In this document: positions 18,060-27,296 of the stretch, piece after piece
Position numbering within the stretch: position 1 is the stretch's first letter
Layout: each line of letters begins with the position of its first letter
IMG/VR virus record: IMGVR_UViG_3300036803_000072
Location: 13,314 to 77,313 of that record
Source: a virus
Lineage: Duplodnaviria > Caudoviricetes
Length of the DNA: 64,000 nucleotides
Reading direction: 5' to 3' (one strand)
Position numbers and translations under genes: made by a program
Notes under the pieces: model-generated
The model's database searches: none
What the model saw: only the letters and a program-made list of their open reading frames with translations
What the model was told of the DNA's origin: nothing

Positions 18060-18220
18060 CTTGCGGGGTCTGCCACCGGCTGCTCGATCAACCTGGAGTG
18101 CCTGAATCGCGAGACTGCGGCGGCGACTGCCGGGGCTGCATCCGTGCGGCTGAGGATCACGTCGAGGGCTGCCCAGACCCGTCTTGCTGTGGCGACTGCC
18201 AAGAAACGGAGAGCGAATGA
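18056..18220 (+). CDS. Small Cys-rich protein (54 aa)
   Basis: CGVC...CGGDCRGC...CPDPSCCGDC; coupled overlaps on both sides. Confidence 0.55.
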   Translation: MTCGVCHRLLDQPGVPESRDCGGDCRGCIRAAEDHVEGCPDPSCCGDCQETESE

Positions 18221-18438
18221 GCGACCCCGGCCCTGTCAACGGGCATCAGTTCCACTTCGCGGTCACCGTCCAGGGGTCCTATCAGATCGTCGGCGACCCG
18301 CAGCACTACGACTGCGAACCCGACCCGGAAGCCGACCCGTTCACCCTCACCGTGCGAGCCTGGTGTCTCGCCGACGCCTGCCGGATGGCCGCTGAAGTGC
18401 CGTTCGGTGACTGGACACATTCTGGTGATGCGGAATGA
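18217..18438 (+). CDS. Small hypothetical protein
   Basis: ATGA overlaps on both sides. Confidence 0.55.
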   Translation: MSDPGPVNGHQFHFAVTVQGSYQIVGDPQHYDCEPDPEADPFTLTVRAWCLADACRMAAEVPFGDWTHSGDAE

Positions 18439-18746
18439 AATACCATTCCGGCAACTACGTCGGCGCTGACGAGATCGGTGCGTGGCTTGGCCGCTCCGGT
18501 GCGTGGATTCGACTGCTGCGACAGCAAGACAGCAAATACGCAATTCCCTGCCCCGTGCCACTGCCCGAACCGGACATGCTCACCGAGAAGCGCCGCCGAC
18601 GCGGGGAAAGCATCGCGTTGTGGCGTCGTGATCGCCTGCCCGAGTTTGAGGAGTGGTTCCGGGCGCACGTCCGCACGCTGGCCGAGCAGGAGATCGCCAC
18701 CATGGAAGCCAACGTGGCCCGCATGAAGCAGACGGAGACATCGTGA
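18435..18746 (+). CDS. Putative HTH DNA-binding protein (AlpA/excisionase-like)
   Basis: YVGADEIGAWLGRSGAWIR...LPEPD...LWRRDRL.EFEEW pattern. Confidence 0.55.
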   Translation: MKYHSGNYVGADEIGAWLGRSGAWIRLLRQQDSKYAIPCPVPLPEPDMLTEKRRRRGESIALWRRDRLPEFEEWFRAHVRTLAEQEIATMEANVARMKQTETS

Positions 18747-21700
18747 CCAGCTCGTTTGTTCATTGCCACGTCCATTCGGACTGCTCCATGCTCGACGGCG
18801 CCGCCCGACTGCCCGACCTGATGACCGAAGCAGTCCGGCTCGGCATGCCCGCACTGGCCATCACCGACCACGGCAACGTCTTCGGCGCCTACGACTTCTG
18901 GAAAGCGGCCCGCGCCGCCGGCATCAACCCGATCATCGGCATGGAAGGCTACGTCGCCCCCGGCTCCCGGCACGAACGCACCCGCGCCACCCTGGACGGG
19001 ACGACGGTCGATGACTCGAACCCCGGCGAGATGTACACCCACATGACGTTGCTCGCCGAGACCACCGAGGGCATGGGCAACCTGTTTCGACTGTCGTCAC
19101 TGGCCAGCCTGGAAGGCTTCTACTACAAACCGCGCATGGACCGGGAGCTGCTCGAAACCTACTCGAAGGGGATCATCGCCACCACCGGATGCCCATCCGG
19201 GGAGGTCAACCGCCTCTTGCAGCGCGGCGACTATAAAGCCGCATGCCAGGCCGCCAGCGACTACCGCGACATCTTCGGGGCCGAGAACTACTACTGCGAG
19301 CTCATGGATCACGGCATCGATGTCGAGCGCGGCGTCAAGCGAGACCTGATGCGACTCGCCCATGATCTGAACCTGCCGCTGCTGGCGACCAACGACCTGC
19401 ACTACGTGCGCGCACAGGACGCGAAGCCACACGACGCACTGCTGTGTGTCCAGACTAAGAAGACCATCGCCGACCAGAACAGGTTCCGTTTCGAGGGGCA
19501 GGAGTTCTACCTAAAGTCCGCCGAACAGATGCGGGCACTGTTCGATGACGGCGACTTCCCGGGGGCGTGCGACAACACGCTCGCCATCGCGGCCCGCTGC
19601 CACGTCGAGTTCGACGAGGGCGCCGACCTCATGCCCCGGTTCCCGGTACCTGATGGCGAGACCGAGGCCAGCTGGCTTCTCAAGGAAGTTAACCTCGGTC
19701 TCGCCCGTCGCCTTCCCCGCGACGTCCCCGCAGAATACCGCGCCCGGCTCGATGCCGAGCTCGACCTGATTCTGCGCATGGGCTACTCCGGTTACTTCCT
19801 GGTCACCGCCGACTTGATCCGTCACGCGAAGTCCATCGGCATCCGCGTCGGACCCGGTCGTGGCTCTGTCGTCGGCTCCCTGGTCGCCTACGCCCTGGGC
19901 ATCACCGAACTGGACCCGATCGTTCACCGTCTGCTGTTCGAGCGGTTCCTGAACCCGGAGCGACCCTCGACGCCCGACATCGACCTCGACTTCGACGAAC
20001 GCCGCCGAGGCGAAGTGATCGACTATGTTACCGGCAAATACGGTGCCGACCGGGTCGCCCAGATCGTCACCTACTCCACGATCAAAGCCCGCGCGGCGGT
20101 GAAAGACGCAGCGAAAGTCCTGCACGGGGCAGCCGGTTTCGCCCTCGCCGACCGGATCAGCAAGGCCATGCCCCCGCCGATCATGGGCAAGGACATCCCG
20201 TTGACCGGCATCTTCGACCCCGACCACAAGCGGTACGGCGAGTCGGCCGCCGTGCGCGCCCTGTACGACAACGACGCGCAGGTCAAAGAGGTCATCGACA
20301 CGGCGCGCGGACTGGAGGGCCTGAAGCGGCAGTGGGGAGTGCACGCCGCTGGTGTCATCGTTTCCCGCCTCCCCCTGCTCGATGTTGTCCCCATCCACCG
20401 GCGCCCAGCCGACGGGGCGATCATCACTCAGTTCGACATGTGGGCGTGCGAAGCCCTCGGTCTGGTCAAAATGGACTTCCTGGGTTTACGGAACCTGACG
20501 ATCATTGACGATTGCCTGGCGGGGATCGCAGCCAGCGGCAAACCCGTCCCCCTACTGGAGACCTTGCCGCTGGATGACCCCGGCGTCTACCAGCTGCTCG
20601 CGCGCGGCGACACCCTGGGCGTCTTCCAGCTCGACAGCGGCCCCATCCGTGACCTACTGCGCAAGATGGGGCCAACCCACTTCGGGGACATCTCCGCCTG
20701 CAACGCCCTGTACCGGCCCGGGCCGATGGCGGCCAACGCGCACAACGACTACGCCGACCGGAAAAATCACCGACAGCCGGTCAAACCCATCCACCCGGAG
20801 CTCGCCGAGCCACTGGCCGACATCCTCGACGAAACCTATGGCCTGATTGTCTACCAGGAGCAGGTACTGGCCATCGCCCAACGGGTCGCCGGGTACTCCC
20901 TGGGGCGGGCGGATCTGCTGCGCAAGGCGATGGGTAAAAAGATCCGGGCGGTGCTCGACCGAGAATACGGGCCCTTCGCTGACGGCATGGCGGCCTCCGG
21001 CTACTCCCCAGGCGCTGTCAAGGCGCTGTGGGACATCCTGATCCCGTTCTCCGACTACGCGTTCAACCGAGCCCATACCGCAGCCTACGGGCTGATCGGC
21101 TACTGGACGGCGTACCTGAAAGTGCATCACCCTGTGGAATACATGGCGGCCCTGCTCACCAGTGTCGGTGACGACAAAGACCGCAGCGCGATCTACCTGG
21201 CGGAGTGCCGCCACATGGGCATCACCGTGCTGGTGCCCGATGTGAACGCCTCGGGTGCGCACTTCACTGCCGACGGCGTCGACATCCGCTTCGGCCTCTC
21301 GGCGGTGCGCAACGTCGGGGCGGGCGCGGTCGAAGCGATCATCGCCGGTCGAGTCGACGGCCCGTACACCAGCATCGCCGACTTCCTGCGCCGAGTACCC
21401 GCTTCGGCGTGCAACAAGGGCGCGGTCGAGTCCCTGATCAAAGCGGGCGCGTTCGACTCCCTGGGATACGCACGCTGCGGCCTGCACGGTGCGTGCGCGG
21501 CGGTGATCGCAGCCGCGCGACCGAAAGGCAAACGGGCCGGGCAGGGTGACCTGTTCGCCGAAGGCGCGTTCGACGTCGACATTCCCACCGCACAGTGGGA
21601 CACCCCGGTCCAGCTCGCCCACGAGCGCGACATGCTCGGCCTCTACGTCTCCGCCCACCCCCTCGACAGCGTTGCCCCGATGCTGGCGACACAAGGGGGC

Positions 21701-22222
21701 ACGCCCATCACCGCGATCCTCGACGGCACCGTGCCCGGCGGCGGGGAAGCGGTCGTGACCGGCATGCTCACCGACGTCAAGCGCGGGGTGACCAGGGGCA
21801 AGGGCGAACCGTGGGCGAAAGCGCGACTGGAGGACCTGGCGGCCGGCATTGAGGTGCTGTTCTTCCCGAAAACCTATGCGGTGGTCGGTGAGCACGTGAC
21901 CGATGACGCGATTGTGGTGCTCAAGGTGAAGGTGTCGACGAAAGATGATCGGATCGCTCTGTTCGTCACCGACCTGATCGTGCCGGAACTACCGACGTCG
22001 AGCGCAGTGCCGCCGCTGGAGTTGGGGATCGCCGCCGGTGACTGCACACCGAAACTGTTGGCGCAGCTTACGACAGCACTGGCGGCCAACCCAGGGAATA
22101 GTGAGGTGTGGCTGCGGCTGGCCGGACCGGGCGGAGTTCACCGGCTGCGCCTGCCGGGGGGGCTGCGGGTCGATCCGTCGGTGGCCCGGAATATAGGTCA
22201 CCTTCCTGTATCAATCGGATGA
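18743..22222 (+). CDS. dnaE: DNA polymerase III alpha subunit
   Basis: PHP domain HCHVHSD/AITDHG; GPGRGS; RFLNPER..PDIDLDF; KMDFLGLRNL; YAFNRAH; OB-fold region. GTG start overlaps the upstream TGA and has GGAG. Confidence 0.96.
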   Translation: MTSSFVHCHVHSDCSMLDGAARLPDLMTEAVRLGMPALAITDHGNVFGAYDFWKAARAAGINPIIGMEGYVAPGSRHERTRATLDGTTVDDSNPGEMYTHMTLLAETTEGMGNLFRLSSLASLEGFYYKPRMDRELLETYSKGIIATTGCPSGEVNRLLQRGDYKAACQAASDYRDIFGAENYYCELMDHGIDVERGVKRDLMRLAHDLNLPLLATNDLHYVRAQDAKPHDALLCVQTKKTIADQNRFRFEGQEFYLKSAEQMRALFDDGDFPGACDNTLAIAARCHVEFDEGADLMPRFPVPDGETEASWLLKEVNLGLARRLPRDVPAEYRARLDAELDLILRMGYSGYFLVTADLIRHAKSIGIRVGPGRGSVVGSLVAYALGITELDPIVHRLLFERFLNPERPSTPDIDLDFDERRRGEVIDYVTGKYGADRVAQIVTYSTIKARAAVKDAAKVLHGAAGFALADRISKAMPPPIMGKDIPLTGIFDPDHKRYGESAAVRALYDNDAQVKEVIDTARGLEGLKRQWGVHAAGVIVSRLPLLDVVPIHRRPADGAIITQFDMWACEALGLVKMDFLGLRNLTIIDDCLAGIAASGKPVPLLETLPLDDPGVYQLLARGDTLGVFQLDSGPIRDLLRKMGPTHFGDISACNALYRPGPMAANAHNDYADRKNHRQPVKPIHPELAEPLADILDETYGLIVYQEQVLAIAQRVAGYSLGRADLLRKAMGKKIRAVLDREYGPFADGMAASGYSPGAVKALWDILIPFSDYAFNRAHTAAYGLIGYWTAYLKVHHPVEYMAALLTSVGDDKDRSAIYLAECRHMGITVLVPDVNASGAHFTADGVDIRFGLSAVRNVGAGAVEAIIAGRVDGPYTSIADFLRRVPASACNKGAVESLIKAGAFDSLGYARCGLHGACAAVIAAARPKGKRAGQGDLFAEGAFDVDIPTAQWDTPVQLAHERDMLGLYVSAHPLDSVAPMLATQGGTPITAILDGTVPGGGEAVVTGMLTDVKRGVTRGKGEPWAKARLEDLAAGIEVLFFPKTYAVVGEHVTDDAIVVLKVKVSTKDDRIALFVTDLIVPELPTSSAVPPLELGIAAGDCTPKLLAQLTTALAANPGNSEVWLRLAGPGGVHRLRLPGGLRVDPSVARNIGHLPVSIG

Positions 22223-22388
22223 GCTGCGGCATCAGGATAGTGTCGACCATCCGAGCGAAATGCCATTCCTCGCACCATCTTTGCGCGCTCCTGACCATCA
22301 TCGGCCCGTTGGGAGCCTTCAGCCAGACCTCCTCACTGGGCGGAAGGTCATGGAAGGGGCACTCCTGTGCCTCGTCAGACGTGGTCAT
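22068..22388 (-). CDS. Possible small protein coupled to the MuF gene
   Basis: ATG overlaps the MuF stop (ATGA); first 65 aa look protein-like; the 3' end overlaps dnaE on the other strand. Confidence 0.35.
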   Translation of the reverse strand: MTTSDEAQECPFHDLPPSEEVWLKAPNGPMMVRSAQRWCEEWHFARMVDTILMPQLIRLIQEGDLYSGPPTDRPAAPPAGAAGELRPVRPAAATPHYSLGWPPVLS

Positions 22389-24712
22389 GCTGCCAGGGTA
22401 GGCGCCACCACAGGCTGCGCCACCACCTGACCGGCGCTGACCGAGGCGACAGCCAGGGTCACTCCGGCTGTCAAGATCACCGCGCCGCCCAGCACACCGA
22501 CGGCCATGCCGGCAGGGATCGCCACGGCCAACACGGTCGCCCCCGCGACGGCCGGGGGTGCCAGGGCCAGGGCCAGGGCGCCCGGCCAGGACAGCTGTTG
22601 ACCGGGCTCCACCGGGACGGAATCCATGCGTCGGTAGGCGACCACAGGGGCGGGCACGGTCACCTGCGGTGCCGCTGCCGCGTGCAACTCCGGCGCCCCC
22701 TCGGTCCAGCCGTCCTGGCGCTGGGCCAGGAGTTGCCGTGCGGCAGCCGGCGTGCCGGCCTTCACCAGGGCCAGGGCCTTGCGTTTGTCCACCGACGGCG
22801 GCGCGAAGATCAGAGAGCATCGGCAGTTGCGTGATACTATGCCCTCTGCTAAGTAAACCCCTGTTCCGGTCTGGAGGGTATAAACGTGGCCACTGAACGC
22901 GCTCCGGTGAATCTCGATCACCTCATCGAGCTCTACCGATCCGGCCAGAGTCCGGCAAGCATCGGCGAGCAGCTCGGCATACCGGGCCCCACCGTCCGAG
23001 GTCAACTGGTCCGCGCTGGCGAACCCTTGCGTGGTCGTGGAAGCGCGTGGCGTCATCGCAAGGGTTTCCAGGTGCTCGATGCCGAGAAGTTGGCCGCTCG
23101 CTATCTCGCAGGCGAGTCGGAGCAGGCGATCGCTCACAGCCTCGGCATCTCTCGCGGAGTCGTCCGACGCCACCTCCTCGGAGCCGGTATCCAGCCGCGC
23201 GGTCGAGGTGACGCAATGCGTGTCCGCTGGTCTGGCCTGGATGATGCTGGGCGCACTGCCTTGGTGGCTGATGCCCACGCCGCTACTCGCGGCATCCCGC
23301 AGTCCGAGCTGCATCGCAGCAGAATCGCCACCGGACGTAGAGACCTCGAATGCTTCACTTCGCCATGGGAGACCGCTCTGGGAATCATGCTGGCGGAACG
23401 AGGCATGGCGACCGAACCGCAGCGGGCGGTCGGTCGCTACAACATCGACCTCGCCTGTTGGCCGGTCGCCGTAGAAGTCCACCGCCACACGGCCTATCCG
23501 CCGTGCTGGCAGGCCAGCGCCGATCGCATCATGCACCTTCTCGATCAGGGCTGGCGAACCCTCTACGTGTGGATCAGTCCCCGCCGAGACGTTCTGACCC
23601 CGGCGTGCGCCGACCACATAGTCACCCTCGTGCAACTCGCCCAGTCCAACCCAGCCTCGTTCGGTGAGTATCGGGTGATTCGGAGTACCGGTGAGGATGC
23701 GACCCGACGTAGTGCAGATAGTGACAACGTCGCCGACATAGGGAGCCCGGAATGATCCCTCGACATCCGGCGCGCTCACCTCAGTTCCGGCGATAAAGCA
23801 GTTCGCCACCTCCCGGATACCTTCCGGGAGCACGGCGGGGTCGGCGGGGAACCGCAGCCGGAACGCCCCGACCTGAAACTTCCCGTCCACCGGACGGACC
23901 TGTCCATCGGCCGTGCGATGGGTCTCCCGGACCCTGGGATCACGCTTGGACAGCCACTGGGTGTGGGTGACGCCCATGGCACGGGCAGCAGCCAGAGCAG
24001 CGTCACCGGCCAGCGCGGTCGCTAGAGTGCGGCCATACATCAGCAACCAGTTCCCGCCGCGCCGCTGCGCCTCCAAGATTCGATCTATGACCTGATCGAG
24101 GCTCTCCGCACTGGAGTCTGCCGCCAGAATCTCTCGGCGGATATCTCTGGCGTGACGTTCTGCGACATCCGCCATGGCAGCTACGGCCGAGTCCACCGCC
24201 GCTTCGACAGTCGCCCGGTCGAACGCAGCGAGCCCAACGTTGGGGCGACCGAGGGACTTCGCGACTCCGCCAGCAGCGTCGGCGACGATACGCAAGCCGA
24301 CGGGGCGGACCGCCTTACCGATCTCGTCGACAGTCCGCTCGGGCAGGATGTAGGTAGCGTCAAGGGTTTTGTACTCCAGCCCGGCCCCCTGTCCTGTAAG
24401 AGAGTCCAGCCCACCCCCTTGAGATACTTCGACCCCGACTTTCACCTGATCAGACCAGAATCTGGTGTGCTTGCGTGCCTTGGGGCCACGCAGGCGCGCC
24501 TCCACTACACCGGCCACACGCTCGTTGTAGGACTTAATAACTGATTCCATCAGTTCCACAGCCCGGTCGACCCGGGCGGCGCCATCGTCAGCCAGCTTGT
24601 CCCGGATCTCCCCATGCGGCGGGTCCGGCAGCGCCTCGTGCACCATCGCGGTAGCTAGCGGGAGGGCGGGCAGCTCATCGGCGCCCAGAGGGTCGCGCGC
24701 GGCCCTGCTCAC
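22385..24712 (-). CDS. Minor head protein (MuF / SPP1 gp7-like) with an intein and a degenerate ART-like C-terminus
   Basis: TQWLSKRDPRVRETHRTADGQ...F.VG...LRFPADP...EVAN/CRC MuF motif split by the intein; downstream of the portal gene; exact start uncertain. Confidence 0.85.
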   Translation of the reverse strand: MSRAARDPLGADELPALPLATAMVHEALPDPPHGEIRDKLADDGAARVDRAVELMESVIKSYNERVAGVVEARLRGPKARKHTRFWSDQVKVGVEVSQGGGLDSLTGQGAGLEYKTLDATYILPERTVDEIGKAVRPVGLRIVADAAGGVAKSLGRPNVGLAAFDRATVEAAVDSAVAAMADVAERHARDIRREILAADSSAESLDQVIDRILEAQRRGGNWLLMYGRTLATALAGDAALAAARAMGVTHTQWLSKRDPRVRETHRTADGQVRPVDGKFQVGAFRLRFPADPAVLPEGIREVANCFIAGTEVSAPDVEGSFRAPYVGDVVTICTTSGRILTGTPNHPILTERGWVGLGELHEGDYVVGARRGQNVSAGTDPHVEGSPALIEKVHDAIGAGLPARRIGRVAVDFYGDRPTGEVDVVATDRPLRFGRHASFRQHDSQSGLPWRSEAFEVSTSGGDSAAMQLGLRDAASSGVGISHQGSAPSIIQARPADTHCVTSTARLDTGSEEVASDDSARDAEAVSDRLLRLACEIASGQLLGIEHLETLAMTPRASTTTQGFASADQLTSDGGARYAELLADACRTLAGSVELDEVIEIHRSAFSGHVYTLQTGTGVYLAEGIVSRNCRCSLIFAPPSVDKRKALALVKAGTPAAARQLLAQRQDGWTEGAPELHAAAAPQVTVPAPVVAYRRMDSVPVEPGQQLSWPGALALALAPPAVAGATVLAVAIPAGMAVGVLGGAVILTAGVTLAVASVSAGQVVAQPVVAPTLAA
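22832..22878 (+). promoter_or_regulatory. Antisense promoter and RBS inside the intein C-terminal coding region
   Basis: TGATACTAT (22832-40), TGCTAAGTA-N6-TGTTCCGGT (22847-70) and GGAGGG (22873-78) before GTG 22886. Confidence 0.7.
22886..23755 (+). CDS. HTH-repeat + Vsr/DUF559-like endonuclease encoded antisense within the intein
   Basis: Two HTH repeats (LIELYRSGQSPASIGEQLGI, LAARYLAGESEQAIAHSLGI); EPQRAVGRYNIDLA..PVAVEV...LLDQGWRTLYVW nuclease pattern; strong RBS and promoter. Confidence 0.82.
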   Translation: MATERAPVNLDHLIELYRSGQSPASIGEQLGIPGPTVRGQLVRAGEPLRGRGSAWRHRKGFQVLDAEKLAARYLAGESEQAIAHSLGISRGVVRRHLLGAGIQPRGRGDAMRVRWSGLDDAGRTALVADAHAATRGIPQSELHRSRIATGRRDLECFTSPWETALGIMLAERGMATEPQRAVGRYNIDLACWPVAVEVHRHTAYPPCWQASADRIMHLLDQGWRTLYVWISPRRDVLTPACADHIVTLVQLAQSNPASFGEYRVIRSTGEDATRRSADSDNVADIGSPE

Positions 24713-26405
24713 CCTCCAGCTCTAGGACTTTGGTTTGCGCCCCGGCCAGTTGCCCGCCGCCGCGATCGGCTTGCACGAGCGCCCGCTGGCCACCGGCACT
24801 GCCGTCGGCCGGGTCGGCGTTGGGGTCGCCATCGGACGGAATGTCCTGCCCGGAGCCCATGAGATCAGCGGACGGGTCGACCCCGAAACCGGGCGGTAGG
24901 GAGTTGGGCACCCCGACCCCGCCGGGTAGCGAACCGGCGGCCGGCGGCGCGGGTGGCTGGCCACCCATGGGGGCTTTGCCCGCAGCATCGGCGTCCCCAT
25001 CGTGGGCGGGCTGATCGTCGGCGATGGCCAGGCGACCGGCCGGGATCCACAGCACACGGGAACCGGGAACGTCCCACGGGTCGAGCTCTTTGACTTCCCG
25101 GTACTCATCGATGGTGATGGCGCCACGGTCTAGGTCGGCAGCGGCCCGGTCCTCTCGCGCGCGCTTGTAGCGGCCGAGCACCCACACGTCGGATACGTCG
25201 TGGGCGAGATAGGAGTCATCATCGAACCCACCGGGGGTGATGACGTCGAGCTGGGCATCGAGTAGCCGGAACAGGGGGAGCATGCCGTGCTCCCACGCTT
25301 TGGCGTAGTCGGCGTCGGCGTTATCGAAGGTCTGGCCTGATGAATCGGAGACGACGGACTCGGGGAGGCCGAACGCGACGCAGATCTCGCGTTTCGTCCG
25401 GTCCATGGTGTCGCCCCACTGGGTGTCCCGTGGGTGGCCGGAGGTGTCGATCCAGGAGACTTCGTCGGCTTCGATGACGACGGTGCGGGCGCCGGAAACG
25501 TCGGGGCCCCCGTTGAAACGGTGCTCCAGCATGTCCGCGTAGGCGTCTTCGATGGGGCCCTTGACGGCGGCGATACCGCCGGGGCGGCCGTCTTCCATCA
25601 TGAAACGGCGGTTGTAGAGCCGAGCGTACTTATCGAGGTCCGCGCTCAGCCCGGCGGCCTCCATGGGCGACATGCCGCGCTCGAAGATCGTGGGATGGGG
25701 GGAGCGCACCCACACGATGCCGCTGGGTTGGTCTTCAGGTGTGGCGTCCGGGTCGAACGGGGGGCGCCATTGCCACATCGGGGAGCCGTCGGCTACGGCG
25801 GTGGTGATGCGAAACGATTCGATGGGGGTGACGACGCCGCGCTCGTTCGGATCACTGGGGTTGATCTTGCGGCGACCGGGCACCGGCAGTACTCGATCGG
25901 GGTCCAAGAGGTACACCGAATGGATGCCGCCACCGCGCGATCGGACGGCTTCGACGAACACGCCCCGGCTCGACAGCATGAACTGGGCGATCAGCCGGTG
26001 CCGGAAGATCTGGGCAACTTCCCATTCGTTGGCGCGCCGATTCAGCCTGCGCAGTAACCGGACCTGGTCGCGACTGAGCTGCCCCGGCTCAATGATCGGG
26101 CCGGTGTCAGGATCCTCCCGGCGCAGCACGATACGTCGAGCCCGTTCGTTGGCCGCGACAAACTCGACGCACCGGAAAATGTAGGGGTTGAGGGTGTACC
26201 CCTCGGTGACCGCACGGTCGGTGTTCCACTCGGTCTGGTAGGGCTGACCGGGAACGATGTAGCCGCGCGGGCCGGACACGATGCGGGAATCCAGGCCGCC
26301 CTGGGACGTAGCGCCGGTGGCGAATCGCTGACGCAGGGCGGGGAACCACTTCGCGCTGCGGGCCACGCTCACCTCCGTAAAGATCGGGCGAGCCAATCTA
26401 GCCAC
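24675..26405 (-). CDS. Portal protein, HK97 family
   Basis: GY..NPYIFRCV, LYNRRFM.EDGRPGG, D.QW....RTKREICVAFGLPES...TFDNA motifs; upstream of MuF. Confidence 0.88.
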   Translation of the reverse strand: MARLARPIFTEVSVARSAKWFPALRQRFATGATSQGGLDSRIVSGPRGYIVPGQPYQTEWNTDRAVTEGYTLNPYIFRCVEFVAANERARRIVLRREDPDTGPIIEPGQLSRDQVRLLRRLNRRANEWEVAQIFRHRLIAQFMLSSRGVFVEAVRSRGGGIHSVYLLDPDRVLPVPGRRKINPSDPNERGVVTPIESFRITTAVADGSPMWQWRPPFDPDATPEDQPSGIVWVRSPHPTIFERGMSPMEAAGLSADLDKYARLYNRRFMMEDGRPGGIAAVKGPIEDAYADMLEHRFNGGPDVSGARTVVIEADEVSWIDTSGHPRDTQWGDTMDRTKREICVAFGLPESVVSDSSGQTFDNADADYAKAWEHGMLPLFRLLDAQLDVITPGGFDDDSYLAHDVSDVWVLGRYKRAREDRAAADLDRGAITIDEYREVKELDPWDVPGSRVLWIPAGRLAIADDQPAHDGDADAAGKAPMGGQPPAPPAAGSLPGGVGVPNSLPPGFGVDPSADLMGSGQDIPSDGDPNADPADGSAGGQRALVQADRGGGQLAGAQTKVLELEGEQGRARPSGRR

Positions 26406-26511
26406 GGACAGTGTCGTGAAATGGGGCGACGCGCCGGGCGGGGGATGCCCGGCGCGTCGAGGGGTGATTGCGGTGGAGCCATCGGCAGTGGTGTGACCGA
26501 TACGACCGATC

Positions 26512-26832
26512 TTAGCCCTTACCGTCTAGCGATGCGTCCCAGTAGCCGAGAACGCGGGCGAGGTAGCCGGAAAACACGGCGACGAGCAGGCCCACCGCCG
26601 GTATCCCTCCGAGTGTCCATAGTGACCAGACGGCCACAGCGACGGCGACTACGGTCAGGAGGACCGCCCCCAGTTCTCTAGCTAACGGGCGAAGACTTCG
26701 ATCTGTCGGGGCCGCCGCTGGTTGCGGGGTGGGATCGGTCTGGCGACTAACGCGGCCACCATCATCAACAACTCTGGGCGCAGCGGTAGGTGCACCGTGC
26801 CATGCCACGTGGTCAGTCTCAGTACTCCGCAC
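26512..26832 (-). CDS. Small membrane protein upstream of the portal gene
   Basis: Two hydrophobic helices in the C-terminal half; start uncertain. Confidence 0.5.
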   Translation of the reverse strand: MRSTETDHVAWHGAPTAAPRVVDDGGRVSRQTDPTPQPAAAPTDRSLRPLARELGAVLLTVVAVAVAVWSLWTLGGIPAVGLLVAVFSGYLARVLGYWDASLDGKG

Positions 26833-26942
26833 TTCGCGCCTCTCAAAGCGTGGTGCCTACCTGATCTCGTCGTCTCTCGTGCCACTTGCTTCCGTGCCCT
26901 TCCAGTCGTGTGCCCCCGACGGTCGGACCCGCAACACCGAGA

Positions 26943-26967
26943 AGCCCCAACCTTAGAGGCTGGGGCT
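26943..26967 (-). terminator. Probable terminator after the sigma-factor operon
   Basis: AGCCCCAGCC-TCTAA-GGTTGGGGCT stem with a G-U pair on the minus strand. Confidence 0.5.
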
Positions 26968-27029
26968 GCCGGCTAGATTAGCTACGGGCATCGAGCCAGT
27001 GAACCACGCGAGTGCAAGTGCGAACGAGA

Positions 27030-27296
27030 TTACGCGGGGCGCGTCTCGTCGCGGGCCGCAGTCAGCCTCTCGGCGTGGAGCAGTGCGACCACCTCGTTGA
27101 GGGACTTCTCCACGGCGCGAGCTTGATCAGCCATCTGACGGAGTACGCGGGCGGCGACGGTCAGTGTTTCGGCGTGCTGCGCCAGGGCCACGGCGGCGTC
27201 ATCGAGGTCGTTGGCGCGTGCGTACAGCGTGGCCATCTCTCGCAGGGTGCTGACTTGCGCTGCCCGTACGAGGTCGCGCGCGAGGCTACTATCCAT
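27030..27296 (-). CDS. Hypothetical helical protein
   Basis: 88-aa ORF with GGAG upstream; coupled to the previous ORF. Confidence 0.55.
   Translation of the reverse strand: MDSSLARDLVRAAQVSTLREMATLYARANDLDDAAVALAQHAETLTVAARVLRQMADQARAVEKSLNEVVALLHAERLTAARDETRPA

Larger units (their letters stand above)
22826..23800 (-). mobile_element. Intein (325 aa) inserted in the MuF N-C-R-C motif
   Basis: Starts CFIAGT (block A); TGTPNHPILT (block B TxxH); HVYTLQT (block F); ends GIVSRN followed by extein Cys; splicing restores VAN-CRC. Confidence 0.9.

Noticed and set aside
19511-21895. Long minus-strand ORFs opposite dnaE (19511-20398, 20654-21895)
   Set aside because: Antisense shadows of a highly biased gene
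26512-26832. Holin assignment
   Set aside because: Two TM segments only, with no adjacent endolysin in the window
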